From contig NC_043003.1 in assembly GCF_006345805.1 (NCBI RefSeq), positions 30,938,001-31,002,000 on the forward strand: a stretch of 64,000 bases of DNA, written 5' to 3'. The position numbers and the translations under genes were made by a program. Positions 24,408 to 38,893 of the stretch are shown here, piece after piece. The notes under the pieces are model-generated. The model did no database searches, was not told the origin of the DNA, and worked only from the letters and a program-made list of their open reading frames with translations. Source of the stretch: Octopus sinensis. Its lineage: Eukaryota. Numbering within the stretch: the first letter of the stretch is position 1; every line of letters starts with the position of its first letter.

Positions 24408-27400
24408 GTAATGCAGCACATTGATACCTGTATACACACCTGTTGTTTTTATGAATAGAATGAAAATATACTGGGATGAGCACATTTCAAGACAAAGCAG
24501 TTATGCCAATAAACAACAATTGTTAAAAGGCAATCAAAGTGTTGATTTGATTATAATTTTATTTCCCAAAGTGTTAACAGTGCTGGGCCAGAAAATATTT
24601 CAGCCCTTAACAACTGCTGATACTCAACAGGGCTCAGGTGAGGCCCACTTATGATGTTCCTCTCCCACATCTGGAACAGTGCTTCTATTACACACACACA
24701 CACCCTGGAATGCATACTAGAAAGGCCACTCAACTAATTGGTGTTTAATCACTGATGGACATACTTTAACCTCTGGCCTACAAGAATGTTGTTTTCTCTC
24801 TCTGTGTTTTCTGTTACCACTACCATTTACTCATGTAATGTAGAAGTGTGTGTATATAAAAATGAACATACATCTGCCATCTGTAGAGTTTTTGTCAACT
24901 AAATTTCACTCACAAGAAATCCTCCATATTATATCCAACACTCCAGTGTCACAGTAATCACTACACATTCTCCTTTCTCACCAGAATGTTGGCCCCGCTG
25001 GAAATGCTTCTTTGCTCAAATCTTTTCTGTGGGGGCCAACTTGCACACCAGTTTAAGTGGGAAATCAGGCTCAACAGTCTCAGAGGGCCTGTGAATGTCA
25101 TGGGCACTGATCCTTTTTCCAGTCCAGCTATTATGAAGAAAAAGAAATGGTTGGCTATGCAGTGAGATTGGACTCAAAACCATGTAATTTCAAAACAAAC
25201 TTCTTAACTACACAGCCACACCTGTGCCTAACATTTCAATAGCAACAAAAATCTGGTGCAAACACAATAGAGCAGATTGTTTTGTGGGAAAAGAATAAAA
25301 AATCGTAGTGTTACTACAGGAGTTAGATATCCAATATATGCAAATCTCTTGTCTAAAATTATGGAAGATTAGAATGTCTATGGTGGTGAACTAATGCAAA
25401 ACTTACATCTTTTGTTTCAAGGCTGTAATTTCTCTTTTGTACATGGGAACCTTCAAGTGACTGTTTAACCTGGTAGAAATATCAGCCATATCTTCCTCAA
25501 ATCATATTTAACCTCATATTTGATTATAGAATATTGTTTACACAATGTCTGAGAAAATAATTGAATGATTAACGCTAGGATATATTTTATGGGTGTGCTT
25601 AATTATGGCTGACCTGGTTTAAACAATGACAGAAGGTGTTATTTATTTATAAACATATTAAACTGTTTTTAATCCACCTATTTGGTCTTCATACTACAGC
25701 AATGACATTGCTGTCACAGTCACTCTGATAATTTGAATAACAATGCAAATTTACTGCGTTTTCCAACACATGGCAACATAAAATGTAACTATATGAAACC
25801 AAACCCAATAATTGCATCAGTGTGGTCAGTACAGCCTTTGGTAATTAAAGTTACTCTGTTACACTGTGACAGCTGCTGTATCATTTTTGGTCTGGTTACT
25901 GTTGATCCAACATGAGATGAAAGCCCGAGTATTTTTATTACAGGCTCAACTATGTTGTTTGTAGGTCTATCTGTCCACATTAACCAATTCCAGCTTAGTT
26001 GGAATGCTTTTTTGGGAAGGTGATTAGTGAGTAGCCCTGGTTATCTGCACCTAGGCTGAATTTTAACCCAGAATGTAAAGGAACTGGAACAGATACCATG
26101 AAGCAATCTTATTTGATCCTTTAACAATTCCATCAGTTCACTACTCTGGACTGGTATTTTATTTATGGTCTCTGACAATGAAAGACAAAGTTAACTTTGT
26201 CAGGATTTGAAGTCAGAGCACAGAAAGCCAGAATAAATACTGCAAGGCATTCTCTCCAATGCTGTAATAACTCAACTACATTGCTGTTGTAGCTATCATT
26301 AGCAGCTATTTAATCTTCTTTTGGCTTAGGAAACACACTTTGTATTTAGTATGACATGATAATTGGCTTCATTAAACCAGCACAAATTTGTCTTTAAGTC
26401 ATTATTTTAATATGTTTTATCAATCGCTCTATCTCTCCAGAAATTTCACTAATATTCCTTTCCCTGACTTAATGTTATTCAGTTAAATCTATGTTTATAA
26501 TTACTGTTAAATACCAATTTCAGCTCTCAGTTACTCAAGTTTTGGTGTTTGAAGTATCAGCATTTACAACTAATCTGCTATCAGAGTTTATCTTTCCTGT
26601 TGATTAGTAAAAAATACTTCATGCAGGTTGCTGTTTTCGTTTTGTATGGGTATATTTGTTACTGTTGCAGCAGTTGCTGTTGTTTTCAAGTAACCATAGT
26701 TACATCAACTCAAGCAGACATGAAGTAGAGAAGTAGTCAGTCAAAGGCCTTTCTGAAAAGGCCATAGGTTTTGCACTCTTGGTATTTTGTACTTCAGTCT
26801 ATTAAGGCACCATATTGCATACTCTTTATGTAGTTGTTATTGGCCATTTTAGTTTCCAGTGTGATTGTTGAGCAAGCAAGACATCTGTTTAGAATGTTAC
26901 AATGCGTAAACTGAACCACTATCTTCCATTATTGCTCTATTCTCTTCCCAGTAGAAGCCAAATGCTATATGACTTAAACTTCTGACAGTATTGAGTACTG
27001 CAAAGATTAGTAGCAACAATGGTAGAGGTGATTAATGCTTTAACTGCAAAATTAAATTTCATAGTTATTCTAGTAATATTTATGTTAAATATCTATTGTC
27101 TTCAAGCCTTGATGAACTTGACATATATCAACACCTTCCCCCCCAAATTCAAATATAACATTCCTCAACAAAAGGAAAGATTAGTATATAAAACTGCTTT
27201 TCACGGTTACAGGTAATGAACTTTTGAATGGATATATCTAATATCTACAGTAAAAGGTTAAGACTAGTGAATATATGCCTAACAGTAAGCTATGCACATC
27301 AAGTTTAGCACATTACTATTCTTTAAGGTGGTGTATTTGCATAGATGTTAGAATGTTGGATTAAATACCTTGCATGTTTAGTTCTGATTCTCAGTGTTCT

Positions 27401-28079
27401 AGGTTCAAATCTTACTAAAGTAACTTTATTTTTCATCCATTTAGGGTTGTTAAATAAAGTGCCTCTCCAGTACTAGGGATCAGTTCTTCTCTTTCTTCTT
27501 CCAAGTCTCTCTCTTTGAAGAAATCGGCTATTGTCAGATTTGGAGAGGGACAGGCTTTAATTGGTTCAAAATTCCCAAGACTTACTGCATGTCATGACAG
27601 AGCCAATATGATTCAAAAAGGAGTTGAGAGGGCAAAGAAAGGGATTCTGATGTTGGTAATCTATTGGGATCATTTTAATTAATGGGTGGTTTTGTCATCT
27701 GTCAGTCCTAAATGAGCTGCCCTAGAGTCAAAAACTACTACAACTGTGACCACCCTTTCTTTTTTATAACATGGCTCTTTGGTTAAGAAGTTTGCTTTGC
27801 AACCACATGGTTTCAGATTCAGTCCTACTGCATAGCACCTTGGGCTAGTGTATTCTACTATAGCCCCAGGTTAACCAATACCTTGTGAGTGAATTTGGTT
27901 GATGGAAACTGTGTGGAATCCTCTTGTGTGTGTATATGTGTATGTGTGTGTCTTTGTGTCTGTGTCTCACCCCACCACTTAATTACCAGTGTTGGTTTGT
28001 TTATATTCCCATAACTTAGCAATTCGACAAAGAGATAGAGAATAAGCACCACACTTGAACAAGTACTGGGGTTAACTTG

Positions 28080-28425
28080 CTTTTCATCCTTTTGAGGTTA
28101 ATAGAATAAGTACTTGTTGAGCACTGGTTTGATGAAATTGATTATCCCCATCTCCTAAGATTTCAGGCCTAGTACCTATAATAGAAAGGATTATTATTAT
28201 TATTATTATTAAAGGCATCATGCTGGTAGAATTGTTAGCATGCTGGGCAAAATGCTTAACAACATTTCATCAGTCTATATGTTGTGAGTTCAAATTCCAC
28301 TGAGATTGACTTTACCTGTCATCCATTCTGGGTCAGTGAAATAAGTACTTGTTGAGCATTGGGGTTGATGTAATCAACTCACCTCCTTCCCCCAAATTTC
28401 AGGCCTATTGCTTGTAGTAGAAAGG

Positions 28426-28480
<55 letters not shown>

Positions 28481-28617
28481 TATTATTTTGAAAGTGGTGA
28501 GCTGACAGGATCATAAGCATGCTGGATGAAATGCTAAGCAGTATTTCGCCCATTGCTACATTCTGAGTTTAAATTCTGCCAAGGCTGACTTTGCATTTCA
28601 TCCTGGGATCGATAAAT
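28080..28617 (+). mobile_element. Chain of three head-to-tail SINE family 2 copies separated by (ATT)n tails
   Basis: Repeated (g)ctggcagaat-gttagc...gaaatgct...gagttcaaattc...ttttcatcc...aaatttcaggcct...gaaaggattattatt at about 28080, 28211 and 28490. Confidence 0.8.
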
Positions 28618-28992
28618 TAAGTATTTGTCAACTTTATGTATTTCCACTCACAAGGCTTTGGTGCCCTAGGGCTATAGTAGACTCTTGCCCAAGGTACTAT
28701 GCTGTGATATTGAACCTGGGACCATGTGGTTAGTAAGAAAACTTCATTGTGCCTGTGTTTGTTCCATTCCTTCACTGCTTGGCAACCAGTGCTAGTCTGT
28801 TCACATTCCTGTAAGGTATAATTTGAGGGACATTTGGTTGCTAATTCTAATTGGTTGAACAACAACCTATAAGAATTTGTGAGCAAATGTCCCATTGTCA
28901 TAAAATGTAATTTTATTTGACTACATTCTTCTATGTTTCTTTCCTCTTTACACTATGTTCACTACATTATTGCTGTCTGTACTCTATTTCAG

Positions 28993-29066
28993 ATGATACA
29001 ATGAAAGATGAACTGGCTGGTACCACAGCTCTTGTAGTTTTGCTGAAAAATAATAAGCTCTATTGT
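28993..29066 (+). CDS. ppm-2: PP2C exon (D/DTMKDELAGTTALVVLLKNNKLYC), 74 nt, phase 1-0
   Basis: Acceptor tatttcAG, donor GTaagt; GTTA motif. Confidence 0.93.
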
Positions 29067-30120
29067 GTAAGTAATGCTAATCTTCTCTGTTTAACATAAA
29101 CTGCAGGTGGTATGGAAGAGATTGCAAAGGTCTTGGGTATTGTCATCATCCTCTAACTACTTTATAACAAAATAAGGGTGGTGTGGGGAGAGCACCTGCT
29201 AAAAGAAAGCATTATATAGTCTCATCATCATCATTTTACAACTGATTTTTCATACTTGTATGGGTTTGACAGATCTACTCCTGCACAACATATCATGTTG
29301 TGATAATTTTTTGTCATGTCCTTGAAGTTCTGTCTCCGGAGATCATCTTTCATCACTTATTGCTGTGTATTCTATGGCCTCCCTCTTTCACATCATTTGT
29401 GCTGTTGCTTTGCTTGGCACATTTTTACCTCCAATTTATCATCCACTATACATACATGCCCATTGCTGAGAATGGGCCTCTGGACGACACTGTATCCTCA
29501 ATATTCAATGGTGCACCTTCAGATTTAGAAAAAAAAAGTTTACAAAAACCTTCCTGCAATACATTTGTTGTAGTCTAACATGCCCGTTGCTAAGGGGGTT
29601 CACTAGACGGCACTGCCCCCTCACTATTCAATGGTGCACCCTTAGATTTAGAAAATACAGTTTACAAAAATCTTCCTATCGTACAAATTAGTGCCCACCC
29701 AGAATATTCTGAAGCACCTGCAGGCACCATACATATCACATGTCCATATCAGTTTACTCTTCTGTCTTGCACACTACATTTGACTCCTCTTACACTCAGC
29801 ATTTTCTCAGCTCATTTATGCTCTGTCACTCAAGTATGCCAACATTACACATCCAGTAGTGCATGCTTGCTTCTCTTTATTTCCAGCCTTTGCACATGTT
29901 TTGAATGTAGGACCTGTGTTTCACCATCATGTAATGTTGCATTGTGCATGAGTGTATCAATCTACATGTTGCTTGGAGAGGACCCATAGCTATCAGAGGC
30001 AATAGCTCTCTTTTTCTTTCTTGTTCGTATTCTTGTTACTGTGCTCTTGGAACACCCACCTCCTCTGTTAATTAGGTCACCTAGGTGATTGAGAATCTGC
30101 ATATCATGAGTAATCCTACT

Positions 30121-30300
30121 GTGTGGAGGTGCATGGTCTAGTGGTTAGGATGTTGCGCTCAAGATTGCAAGACAGTGGTTTCAATTCCTGAACCCGGTGG
30201 TGCATTATGTATTTTGAGCAAAACCCTTCCTTTCATGTTGCTCCAGTCTACTCAGCTGTAACTCAGTAATTTACAACAGACTGGCATCCCATTAAGAAGG
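30121..30300 (+). mobile_element. tRNA-headed SINE family 3
   Basis: gcatggtctagtggttagg (A-box-like), ggtttcaattcc (B-box-like), ttgagcaaaac core; sister copy at 46348-46560. Confidence 0.7.
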
Positions 30301-30399
30301 TATGTTGTGGTTTGGTCACTTATAGACCATGGAAACTGAGTAACCAGCCCTATGATTTCTAGGACTCAAAACAGTAATGTCCAGGGTACTTACTACTCC

Positions 30400-31150
30400 T
30401 ACTGCCTACTATTCCTGTACATTTTTGAAGTCTTTCTTTTCTGTTAGCCTGCCTCTGATCACACTGCATCTCTTGTGCACCCACTGTTCTTATTTGACAC
30501 ATGGAATAAAGTTCTTACCTAATCTTTCCCTGCATAAAGAGCATAGCTGCTTCTTGACAATAGCAGAGTCCTGGCTTTTTTCCTGCTAACCAGAACTTTT
30601 GTCTTTGTCTGGTTTATTTTGAGGCTTCTTGGTTGCAACCTTTGCTTCCTTTCTAATTCTTTGACAGATTCAGCTTTGAGAACCTGGTCATCTGCTAGAT
30701 GATCTGGTTCTCAAAGTTGAGAGAGTTTCTATGCATAGCCAGTCCTAAATGCATGCATATGTTATGGCCTAGAGGATTACAATTAATCAGAGCTGACTAA
30801 AAATATCAAGCCTTGATGGATTTTTACCTGCATACTCAATTTCTTATTGAACTTGGTGCTCACTCTTACCTTGCTTAGCAGCTTCTCTGGACATTACTTG
30901 CACAGCTCTTGTAAGCCATTCATCTATACCTAGTTTTCTTAGTGACCATTTGACAACAGAGAGTGGACAGCTTTTCAATTATTGATGCTTGTATGTGTGT
31001 TGCATTTTGTTCTGCTCCTTCACTGTAATAATCTGTTAATTGTAAATAGGCATTAAAGTAAACTTTATATATTTTTAACCAATTTTGTGGGATTTTGGAT
31101 AGTTGTAAACAAATGCCTGTTTTATCAGTTCTACGGCCCAGTTTCAAACC
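30400..31150 (-). mobile_element. Old RTE RT/PHD fragment
   Basis: Minus-strand translation WSLRKLGIDEWLTRAVQVM and CSLCRERLGKNFIPCVK*EQWVHKRCSVIRGRLTEK match the copy C ORF2. Confidence 0.75.
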
Positions 31151-32825
31151 TTGTTGCAGTTTCTGCATAAGTCACATGCTTGTCTCTTTGTCCACAGAGC
31201 TTATAGCCACTAAGTGATGGGGCTTCAGGCAATCGGCTCGTTTGTCTTGCCTAGATGTTGCTTTGCTGGTTGCTACTTCAATTGTTATAATCATCTATGT
31301 ATCATACTGTGGTATTTGTCCTATGATAACATCTTTTATGGATGTGCTGTGCTAACACAACATACTCATAAGATATGCCATCTCAGGACAAATACTGTAC
31401 TATCAACAGTGTATATACATTAAATATGATGCACACATAGCTATTTGATTTAATACTGTCTCAGTTGTTTATACCAAATTAATTGTTGTTACATTTGAGA
31501 AGTATGTATTGATGATTTTAAATGTCTGTTAAAGTGAATTTGATATCTTTTAGCTGTCTTTGAGACTTGGGACAAATATAAGCAAATGATCATATTTGTC
31601 CAAACTCTCACCTTGTTGGCTAAAAACACGAAGCTTAGCTTAAGTTAAACCTAAATTTTTTTCTTTTTTAGGTGACACTTAAAATTCTTTATGCATGCTG
31701 TTTTGTGCAATAACAATTAGATGATCTGTTTTAATGCCTGTTGCATATGATTTATTTATATCAGTATATACTGATCATTATTTTTATTGTGTATAAGGCC
31801 AGGGGAATTGGTGGAAGTCACCACTGGTCTGTATGCAACATTTATGTTAGCCACTTTTATAATGGCTGGCTTTGTGTTTCATTGTTTTTTTCGTTTTTTT
31901 TTATACTTCTTCTGCTTCTGTTTTCCTATGGTGACTTCAGTGGGATGTGTTTTTGTCACATCTGTTTTGCTTTTATCTCATCCAACCACTTAACTCTATA
32001 TAGCCAATTGACCTGCTAGAAATAGTTCAGTAATATCCTCACCATCTTTACCAATTCCCTCTAGCCTTACACACAATAACTATGGTGATCATTAATAATG
32101 GATAGTATATATTAATATAAATAATTAATTTGCACTAAGTATTTACAGATTATCAAATTGATGGAGAGGAATGAAGAGTAGTAGGTGATTGCTCAGTCTG
32201 CTGGAAATAACAACCAAATCTTCTTCAAATCACAAAGCACTGTCTTAAATAAAGAAAGGGCATATTAGATATGCTATTCCTACATACTTCTAAAATGATA
32301 GCCTAGGAATGACTTTGTTAACAGCTTAGCTCAGTTGAGCTAGAACTGGGATGAAACAACAACACATTCAAATTCAGGCACTCACATAGTTATACTTACA
32401 CACACATGTACATGCCTGCACATAGTTTTGTGTGCATGCAAGTGCACATATGCACATATCGACATGCATATATATACATATACACGCATATACATATACC
32501 CACCTGCACATATATACATAAACCCACATGCACATATATACATTGCATACATGCACATATCTACGTATATACACACGATATACTTTTTTACATGTTTAAA
32601 TCATTGAACTGCACTATGCTAATGGAACCACCTTGAATCATATCAACCGCAGTTCTTTTCATAGCAATCTCTATTTGTTGCACTGCTAAGTTACAGGGCA
32701 TAAACAAAGAGACTGCCTTTTTTTTACTTTCATGTGTTCACATCAAGTCAGACAGACAGACTGATACACACACACACATACACACAGGTATTACCAGATT
32801 TTCTTTTGAATGTTGTACACATATA

Positions 32826-33230
32826 GGCGCAGGAGCAGCTGTGTGGTAAGTCGCTTGCTTACCAACCACATGGTTCCGGGTTCATTCCCATTGTGTGGTA
32901 CCTTGGGCAACTGTCTTCTATTGTAGCCTCGGGCCGGCCAAAGCCTTGTGAGTGGATTTGGTAGACGGAAACTGAAAGAAGCCCGTCGTATATATATGTA
33001 TATATATATGTATGTATGTATGTGTGTGTTTGTGCGTCTGTGTTTGTTCCCCCAACATCGCTTGACAACCACTGCTGGGTATGCTTACGTCCCTGTAACT
33101 TAGCGCTTTGGCAAAAGAGACCAATAGAATAAGTACTAGGCTTACAAAGAATAAGTCCTGGGGTCAATTTGCTCGACTAAAGGCGGTGCTCCAGCATGGC
33201 CACAGTCAAATGACTGAAACAAGTAAAAGA
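32826..33230 (+). mobile_element. tRNA-headed SINE family 1, full length, least diverged copy
   Basis: ggcgcaggagcagctgtgtggtaag...ggttccgggttcattccc head, internal (TA)/(TG) tract, 3' ccagcatggccacagtcaaatgactgaaacaagtaaaag. Confidence 0.88.
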
Positions 33231-33334
33231 AAAAAGAACACGAGGTACACATATTCTCCATGTACAACTCTGCCCTCTTCTGCTCTTTCTCTCTCTCTCT
33301 CTCTCACTCACTCACATATACACACACAAGTTGG

Positions 33335-33500
33335 ACTGATGTGCACGGAGATTATGATTCACAAAATGAGGGATTAAAGCTTTTGGAACTCTGTGATGCA
33401 AATGATCTAATCATTTGCAGCATTAACTTCAGGAAACTGGCTAGACACCCTATCACCTAATCACATGCCATTCAGGTGAATATGCAAGCCAGATAGATTT
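33335..33500 (+). mobile_element. RTE endonuclease fragment
   Basis: NEGLKLLELCDANDLIICSINFRKLARHPIT...GEYASQID matches copy B NEEGIRFLEFCNTINLLICNTNFRKPASHLITYQSGDYASQID. Confidence 0.75.
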
Positions 33501-34007
33501 AATTTGTTATCCAGTTTAACACCACCATCTTGTTCTTGGGTGCCTTTAGCACAGTCTCTGGTTTGAAGATAACTGTCTCCCTTCATTCATTCCACTAATC
33601 TTGGAAGCCATGAAAAAATTAAGCTCAGTGGGTGCTGCTTCTTCCTTTCTGACTATGCAGTTAGAAAATAAAACAAACGTTTCCCCATCAGAAATGAGGC
33701 AAACAGGTCTGTTTGTTCAGTCCCTGGTCAGTGTTAATGGAGCAAACAGGCCTATGATCAGAGGCCATTCCAGCCATGACCATACCATCTGATATTCTGG
33801 AATACTGGATTCCAGACATTACTCAGTGTGTCTTTTTTTTTTTATAAGGCAGCAGAATTAGGTTGAGAAAGAGATTTAACTGCTATTGCTAGCATGTAGA
33901 GGTTCTCTCATTTGCTTGTTATTGTTTTGGTTTTGTAATATCTTTCTTTTTTCTTTTAAGCTGGGACATTAAAATTAATTCTCTCTCTCTGTTTCTTTGT
34001 CTTTCAG

Positions 34008-34149
34008 GGTAATGTTGGTGATTCTCGTGCAGTAGCTAGTGTAGCAGGTATGGTGGAAGTATTATCGTTTGATCACAAACCAAGCAATGATAATGAAACC
34101 CGACGAATTGTTGCAGCTGGAGGTTGGGTGGAACTGAACCGAGTTAATG
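34008..34149 (+). CDS. ppm-2: PP2C exon (GNVGDSRAVAS...DHKP...GGWVELNRVN), 142 nt, phase 0-1
   Basis: Acceptor tctttcAG, donor GTttgt; NVGDSR and DHKP motifs. Confidence 0.95.
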
Positions 34150-34889
34150 GTTTGTTTATCAAGAATATTCTTTGCTTCCTTTTTTCAATAGCTTTCCTCC
34201 AATAACTTGTTGTTTATAGACATTTGATAGAGCTCGTTGGCTGATGTTCTACTACCGATATTAAGCATTACAACTTTACTTTCTTTCATTATGTATGTTA
34301 TGTTCTGAGTTCAAAAATAGCAAGCTGGCAGAATTGTTAGAATGCTGGATGAAATGTTTGGCAGTATTTTCTCCAGTTTTACGTTTTGAGTTCAAATTCT
34401 GCCGAGGTTGACTTTGCTTTTCATCTATTCAGGATCAATGAAGTAAGTACCAACTGAGCACCATGGTCAGTGTAATCTACTTGCACCCTCATCCCCAAAA
34501 TTTCTGAGTTCAAATCACTTCTGGCTTCAATTTTACTACTTCTGGAGCAATGATAAAAGCTATACTATTTAAAAATCATTTGCTGTTCACCTTTTTGGGG
34601 CTGATTAACAAAACATGCACCAGTCCAAAGCAGTGGATTAGCAGAATTGTTAGAGCATCAGGCAGGATACCTTGTTGTAGCTGCTCTTATTCTGTGTATT
34701 CCAAGTTCAAACCTCAATTTGTTGCTGAAAAATGGTGGTACTTCAGTCATGAGTTGCAACTGATAAATAGTATCAGCAGTTTGAAAAACCAATAGAAATG
34801 TTGTGTCTTGACCAGAAGTCGACTGCCACTAGAAATCATGACTTCTATTATTTATTGGGTGGTAGGATTAATCAGTTACTGATTTGTAT

Positions 34890-36030
34890 GCTGGAAAATA
34901 CAGTAAACAAAAAGAGAACTAAATCAGTCAGTCAGGAGCTGTTTGATCATCTGAATACAGATGAAAGCTTTCTGAAAAGTGTCATAACAAGTGATTAAAT
35001 GTGGGTGTATGGTCATGAAATATGAAGCAAAAAAGGCAGTTATTGCAGTGGGCTGGATCATTGTTGCTGTGATTAAAGAAAAATGTCACAGTTGCTCAGA
35101 TGTGAAGGTGATGTTGATTGTTTTTCTTTTATTGGAAGAGTATCATTCATCAGTTTTTCCCCACATGGTGCAGGCATGTCTGTGTGGTTAATAGGCTTGT
35201 TTCCTAACCATATGGTCTTGGGTTCTGTGACACCTTAGGCAAGTGTCTTCTCCTGTAGCCCTGATTTGTTCAAAGCCTTGTGAGTGGTTTTGGTCAATGG
35301 AAACTGAAAGAAGCCCATATTTGTAGTATGTTTGTGTGTATCCTTGTGAAGACATCACATGGTGATTGTAAATGTGCATCTTTGTCATACAAACATGTCT
35401 GTGTGTTTCTAGTCTTCTGTGAAAAACATGTCTAGCTATGGAAAAAATATTACAGATGAAGGTTGGCTAACAGGAAGAGCATCTGACCAGAGGATATCTG
35501 TCTCAACAAATTCTGTCTGATTCATGCAAGCATGACTAAGAGGACAATAAATGATGATGAAATGGTGATGATGGGATGATCAATAACAAGTTTTAATTGA
35601 ATGTTCTAAGGTGCTTTACAGGTAGTGTGATAGAAGATACTCGAAGCAAGGGCAAACAAAGCATGGATGCTGCACCACATCGATGCATCTGCATCATGCA
35701 TCACTCTCGATCTATAACTTTTAGGTAAAGAACAAGCTGACCGTCATGCCCAGCTGCCCTTCTCTCCAGATTTTGCTCCTGCAAACTTTTTGTTCCCAAA
35801 GTTGAGATTTACACTAAGAGGTTCTTAATTAGAAATGAAAGAAAAGACAAAAAAAAAAAGATTAAATTACTGCAAGAATTGTGTGCAACCTCTGAAAAGG
35901 TAATCTAGGATATATTCTTGAACTGGACAAAGCTTTGAGTCTAGTGTATCAATAGTGAAAGGAAGTAGACAGGTCTGATTAAACTGTAAGTAAGCAGTAA
36001 ATTTATTTGGTAAAAAGACTCGGTTTCTCT
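34890..36030 (+). mobile_element. Degenerate mariner (DD34D-type) transposase remnant interrupted by SINE/RTE-tail inserts (about 35180-35570)
   Basis: FLKSVITSD*MWVYG (first catalytic D), VKVMLIVF, AWMLHH-D, P-SPD-AP--FLFPKL motifs recognisable through stops and frameshifts. Confidence 0.8.
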
Positions 36031-38893
36031 ATAGACAGACTTCATAGATTGTCTTTTCCATTGAAAGATGTCTGCAATGTCAGTTCATAGAAACAATACA
36101 AGTCTGGTATGAGGTTTCTAGGTTAATTGTTATTAATACCTGTGTGCCGAGGGTTAAGGAGGTAGTAGAATCAGTCTTTTGTATAGTTAGAGGGTGGGTG
36201 TTTGTTTGGTCGGACATAATCATACATTTACATGTATGGAGCCACATATACACACACACATGTTCATATGTATATATATGTATACATATACTGATTAAAA
36301 CACAGTGTACTGATAGATGTGTGTGTGTGTGTGTGTGTGTGCGTGCGCATGCATGCACACTTAAATGTCCGTCAGTGTAAATGAGGGTGTGTATATGTAC
36401 ATGTGTATGGGGGCATCTGTGTGTATGTGTGTGTGTATATATGAGAGAGAGATGCGTATGTATATACACACAAAAAAATATGTAGGTGTACATAAATACA
36501 TAAACAGACATTACTTGCATATATATACATATACATAATTACGTACATACATGTTCACATTCAAGTGTATGTAGCTTTATGTTTCACTGAATTATTAATA
36601 ATTTCAATTCTACTTGATTGATACTCTCTTGTTATTTGATGTTGTGTGGGATATGAAAGCAATAAATAAATAAATCATCAACATCAACAACAAGATGGAA
36701 CTCCATTATTGATTGTAGCATGCATTCTGTTTAAATTTTATTTGGTTTCTTCTCGCCAATGTTAGCAACTTGCTCTGTTCTGTGAGAGACAAGCTGAAAG
36801 ATACAATCTGTTGCTCACGCAGTTGGTTGCTATGGCACTGTTTGTTCATGAAGCATCTATCATGTTGGCTGTGGGTACTTTCTAACATGAATCTGTCGAA
36901 CAGGACAGACAGTTCACAATAGTGAAGCTTTAATAGTGAAGAAGTTAGTTGTATTTTGTGTGTGTATGTCTTGTCTTGTTTTTTATATTTTTATTTTGTT
37001 TCTTCAATTTTTTTTTATTTATGTATTTTATTATCATCATTATTATTGTATTGTTGTTGTTATTTGTTCTTCAGGTTTCTATAGCAATTAAGAAAAGAAA
37101 TTACACTAGCTGTTAATTACAGTCTCTGTGAAAATATATGTATTTGTTTAGGTTTCTTCTTTTTTATTTTGTGTTTATTTTTGCGGGACATACCTGCATA
37201 CACAATTGTGCATGCATACACTAACGCACACACAGTATTCTTGATGTACAACCCTTAGTCAGTTGGGAGCAATTATGTATCTTGGCACAAGTGTGGCTGT
37301 GTGGTTAAGAAACTTGCTTCCTTACCATTTGGTTCCAAGTTCAGTCCCACTGTGTGGTACTTCAAGCAATTGTTTTCAAGTATAGCCCCAGGTGGACTAA
37401 AACCTTGTGAGTGAATTTAGTCTGCAGAAACTGAGAGAAGCCCATTTGTTTGTATATGTGTGTGTGTGGAAAGAGAGAAAGTGAGAGAGAGGAAGAGTGT
37501 TGGTATCATCCTGTCTTAACATCAGGTAATTGTTGTAAACAAGTGTCACCATCATACAGGCAGTGTACTTCGTTTCCAATCTTTTGTAAAAACATGCTCA
37601 GCCATAGAGAACTGTTACCTTATTTGGAAACAGATGAAGGAAGGGCATCTGGCCATTGAAATTCTACCTCAACAAATTCCAGCTGACCTATGCAGGTTAA
37701 ATCCATGATGATGATGTCTGATGATGATGAATACATTGTTATCATCCAGATTCCTTATATCACACTCTACCGTATTACAAAGCTGGGTACAAACTGGAGC
37801 TTATAGTCACATGCATGATGAAGGAATGAAAAACAAAATCAGACTTGGTGTGGGATTTGATCTCAGAACATGGAAACTACTGTTGAATACTTCTTTGTAT
37901 ACAATTCTCCATTCCACTGTTTTGACCAACTTCATAAGAAAATCCCATTATGTTTTTACTATCTGCTACAAATATAACTGCATCTATTTCAAATTACACT
38001 CCAAGGAAGGAAGCAATATGTTTGAAAAACAAAACAAAATATACAAGATATTTATGATTCTCACACCTTAAATCATAGCTTTACTGGACCTGGACTGACC
38101 TAGGGCTAAATAACTCAATAGTTACTGTTATGAGCCAAGGAAGATGTCTGTCTGCTTAGTCAACTGGCTAGAAATAACATACACATCTCTGTCAAATCAT
38201 AACTTACCATCTTAATAGTCTTATGTACACAATGTTAGAATAAAATATGGAATGGTCAAAGCTGGAAAACTTTAAAGTCATCAGAGTTAACCTGGGGCTA
38301 AACATGAATAATAAAAGGAAGGATTCATTAGGTCAAGTATTTCTAGATACATTATGTCTGGATATAATATGGGATGGTCATAGTTGGAATACATTTGAAT
38401 GTAGGTCTGGTCAGTTAGAGCTGATCTCAGAGCTAAACAACAGCAGCAAAAGGAAGAGTACATTAGATGAATTATATGTCTGAAGAATAGAAAAGACAGG
38501 ATGGTCACATCTGAAATACTTTCAATCATATTCCTTCTGAATCAGATCAGATTAGATTTGAACTGCAGCCAAACTATAATAGATTATTAATTGTACTAAC
38601 TTTCACTGAATATCCCTGTCATCTACATTCAAAGGACTGAAGTGTTATTGACATGGTTCTTTCTTCAGACTGATGCTTTAATAGTTGCAAAATGAACACT
38701 TCTAGAGCAAAAGGGCAAACTAGTGAGGGTCAGTTTTGGCAATAATGGTAATAGTAAATCCATGTCTCATCACAATTATATAGCCCCCCCCACTTCCTCT
38801 AGTAGATGTAAGTAGCCAGGCAGATGATCCTATACAAGAGCCTGCTCTGACTCCTCCTCTTCTCATAGTTTAATCCCTTGTCCCCTAACATGA

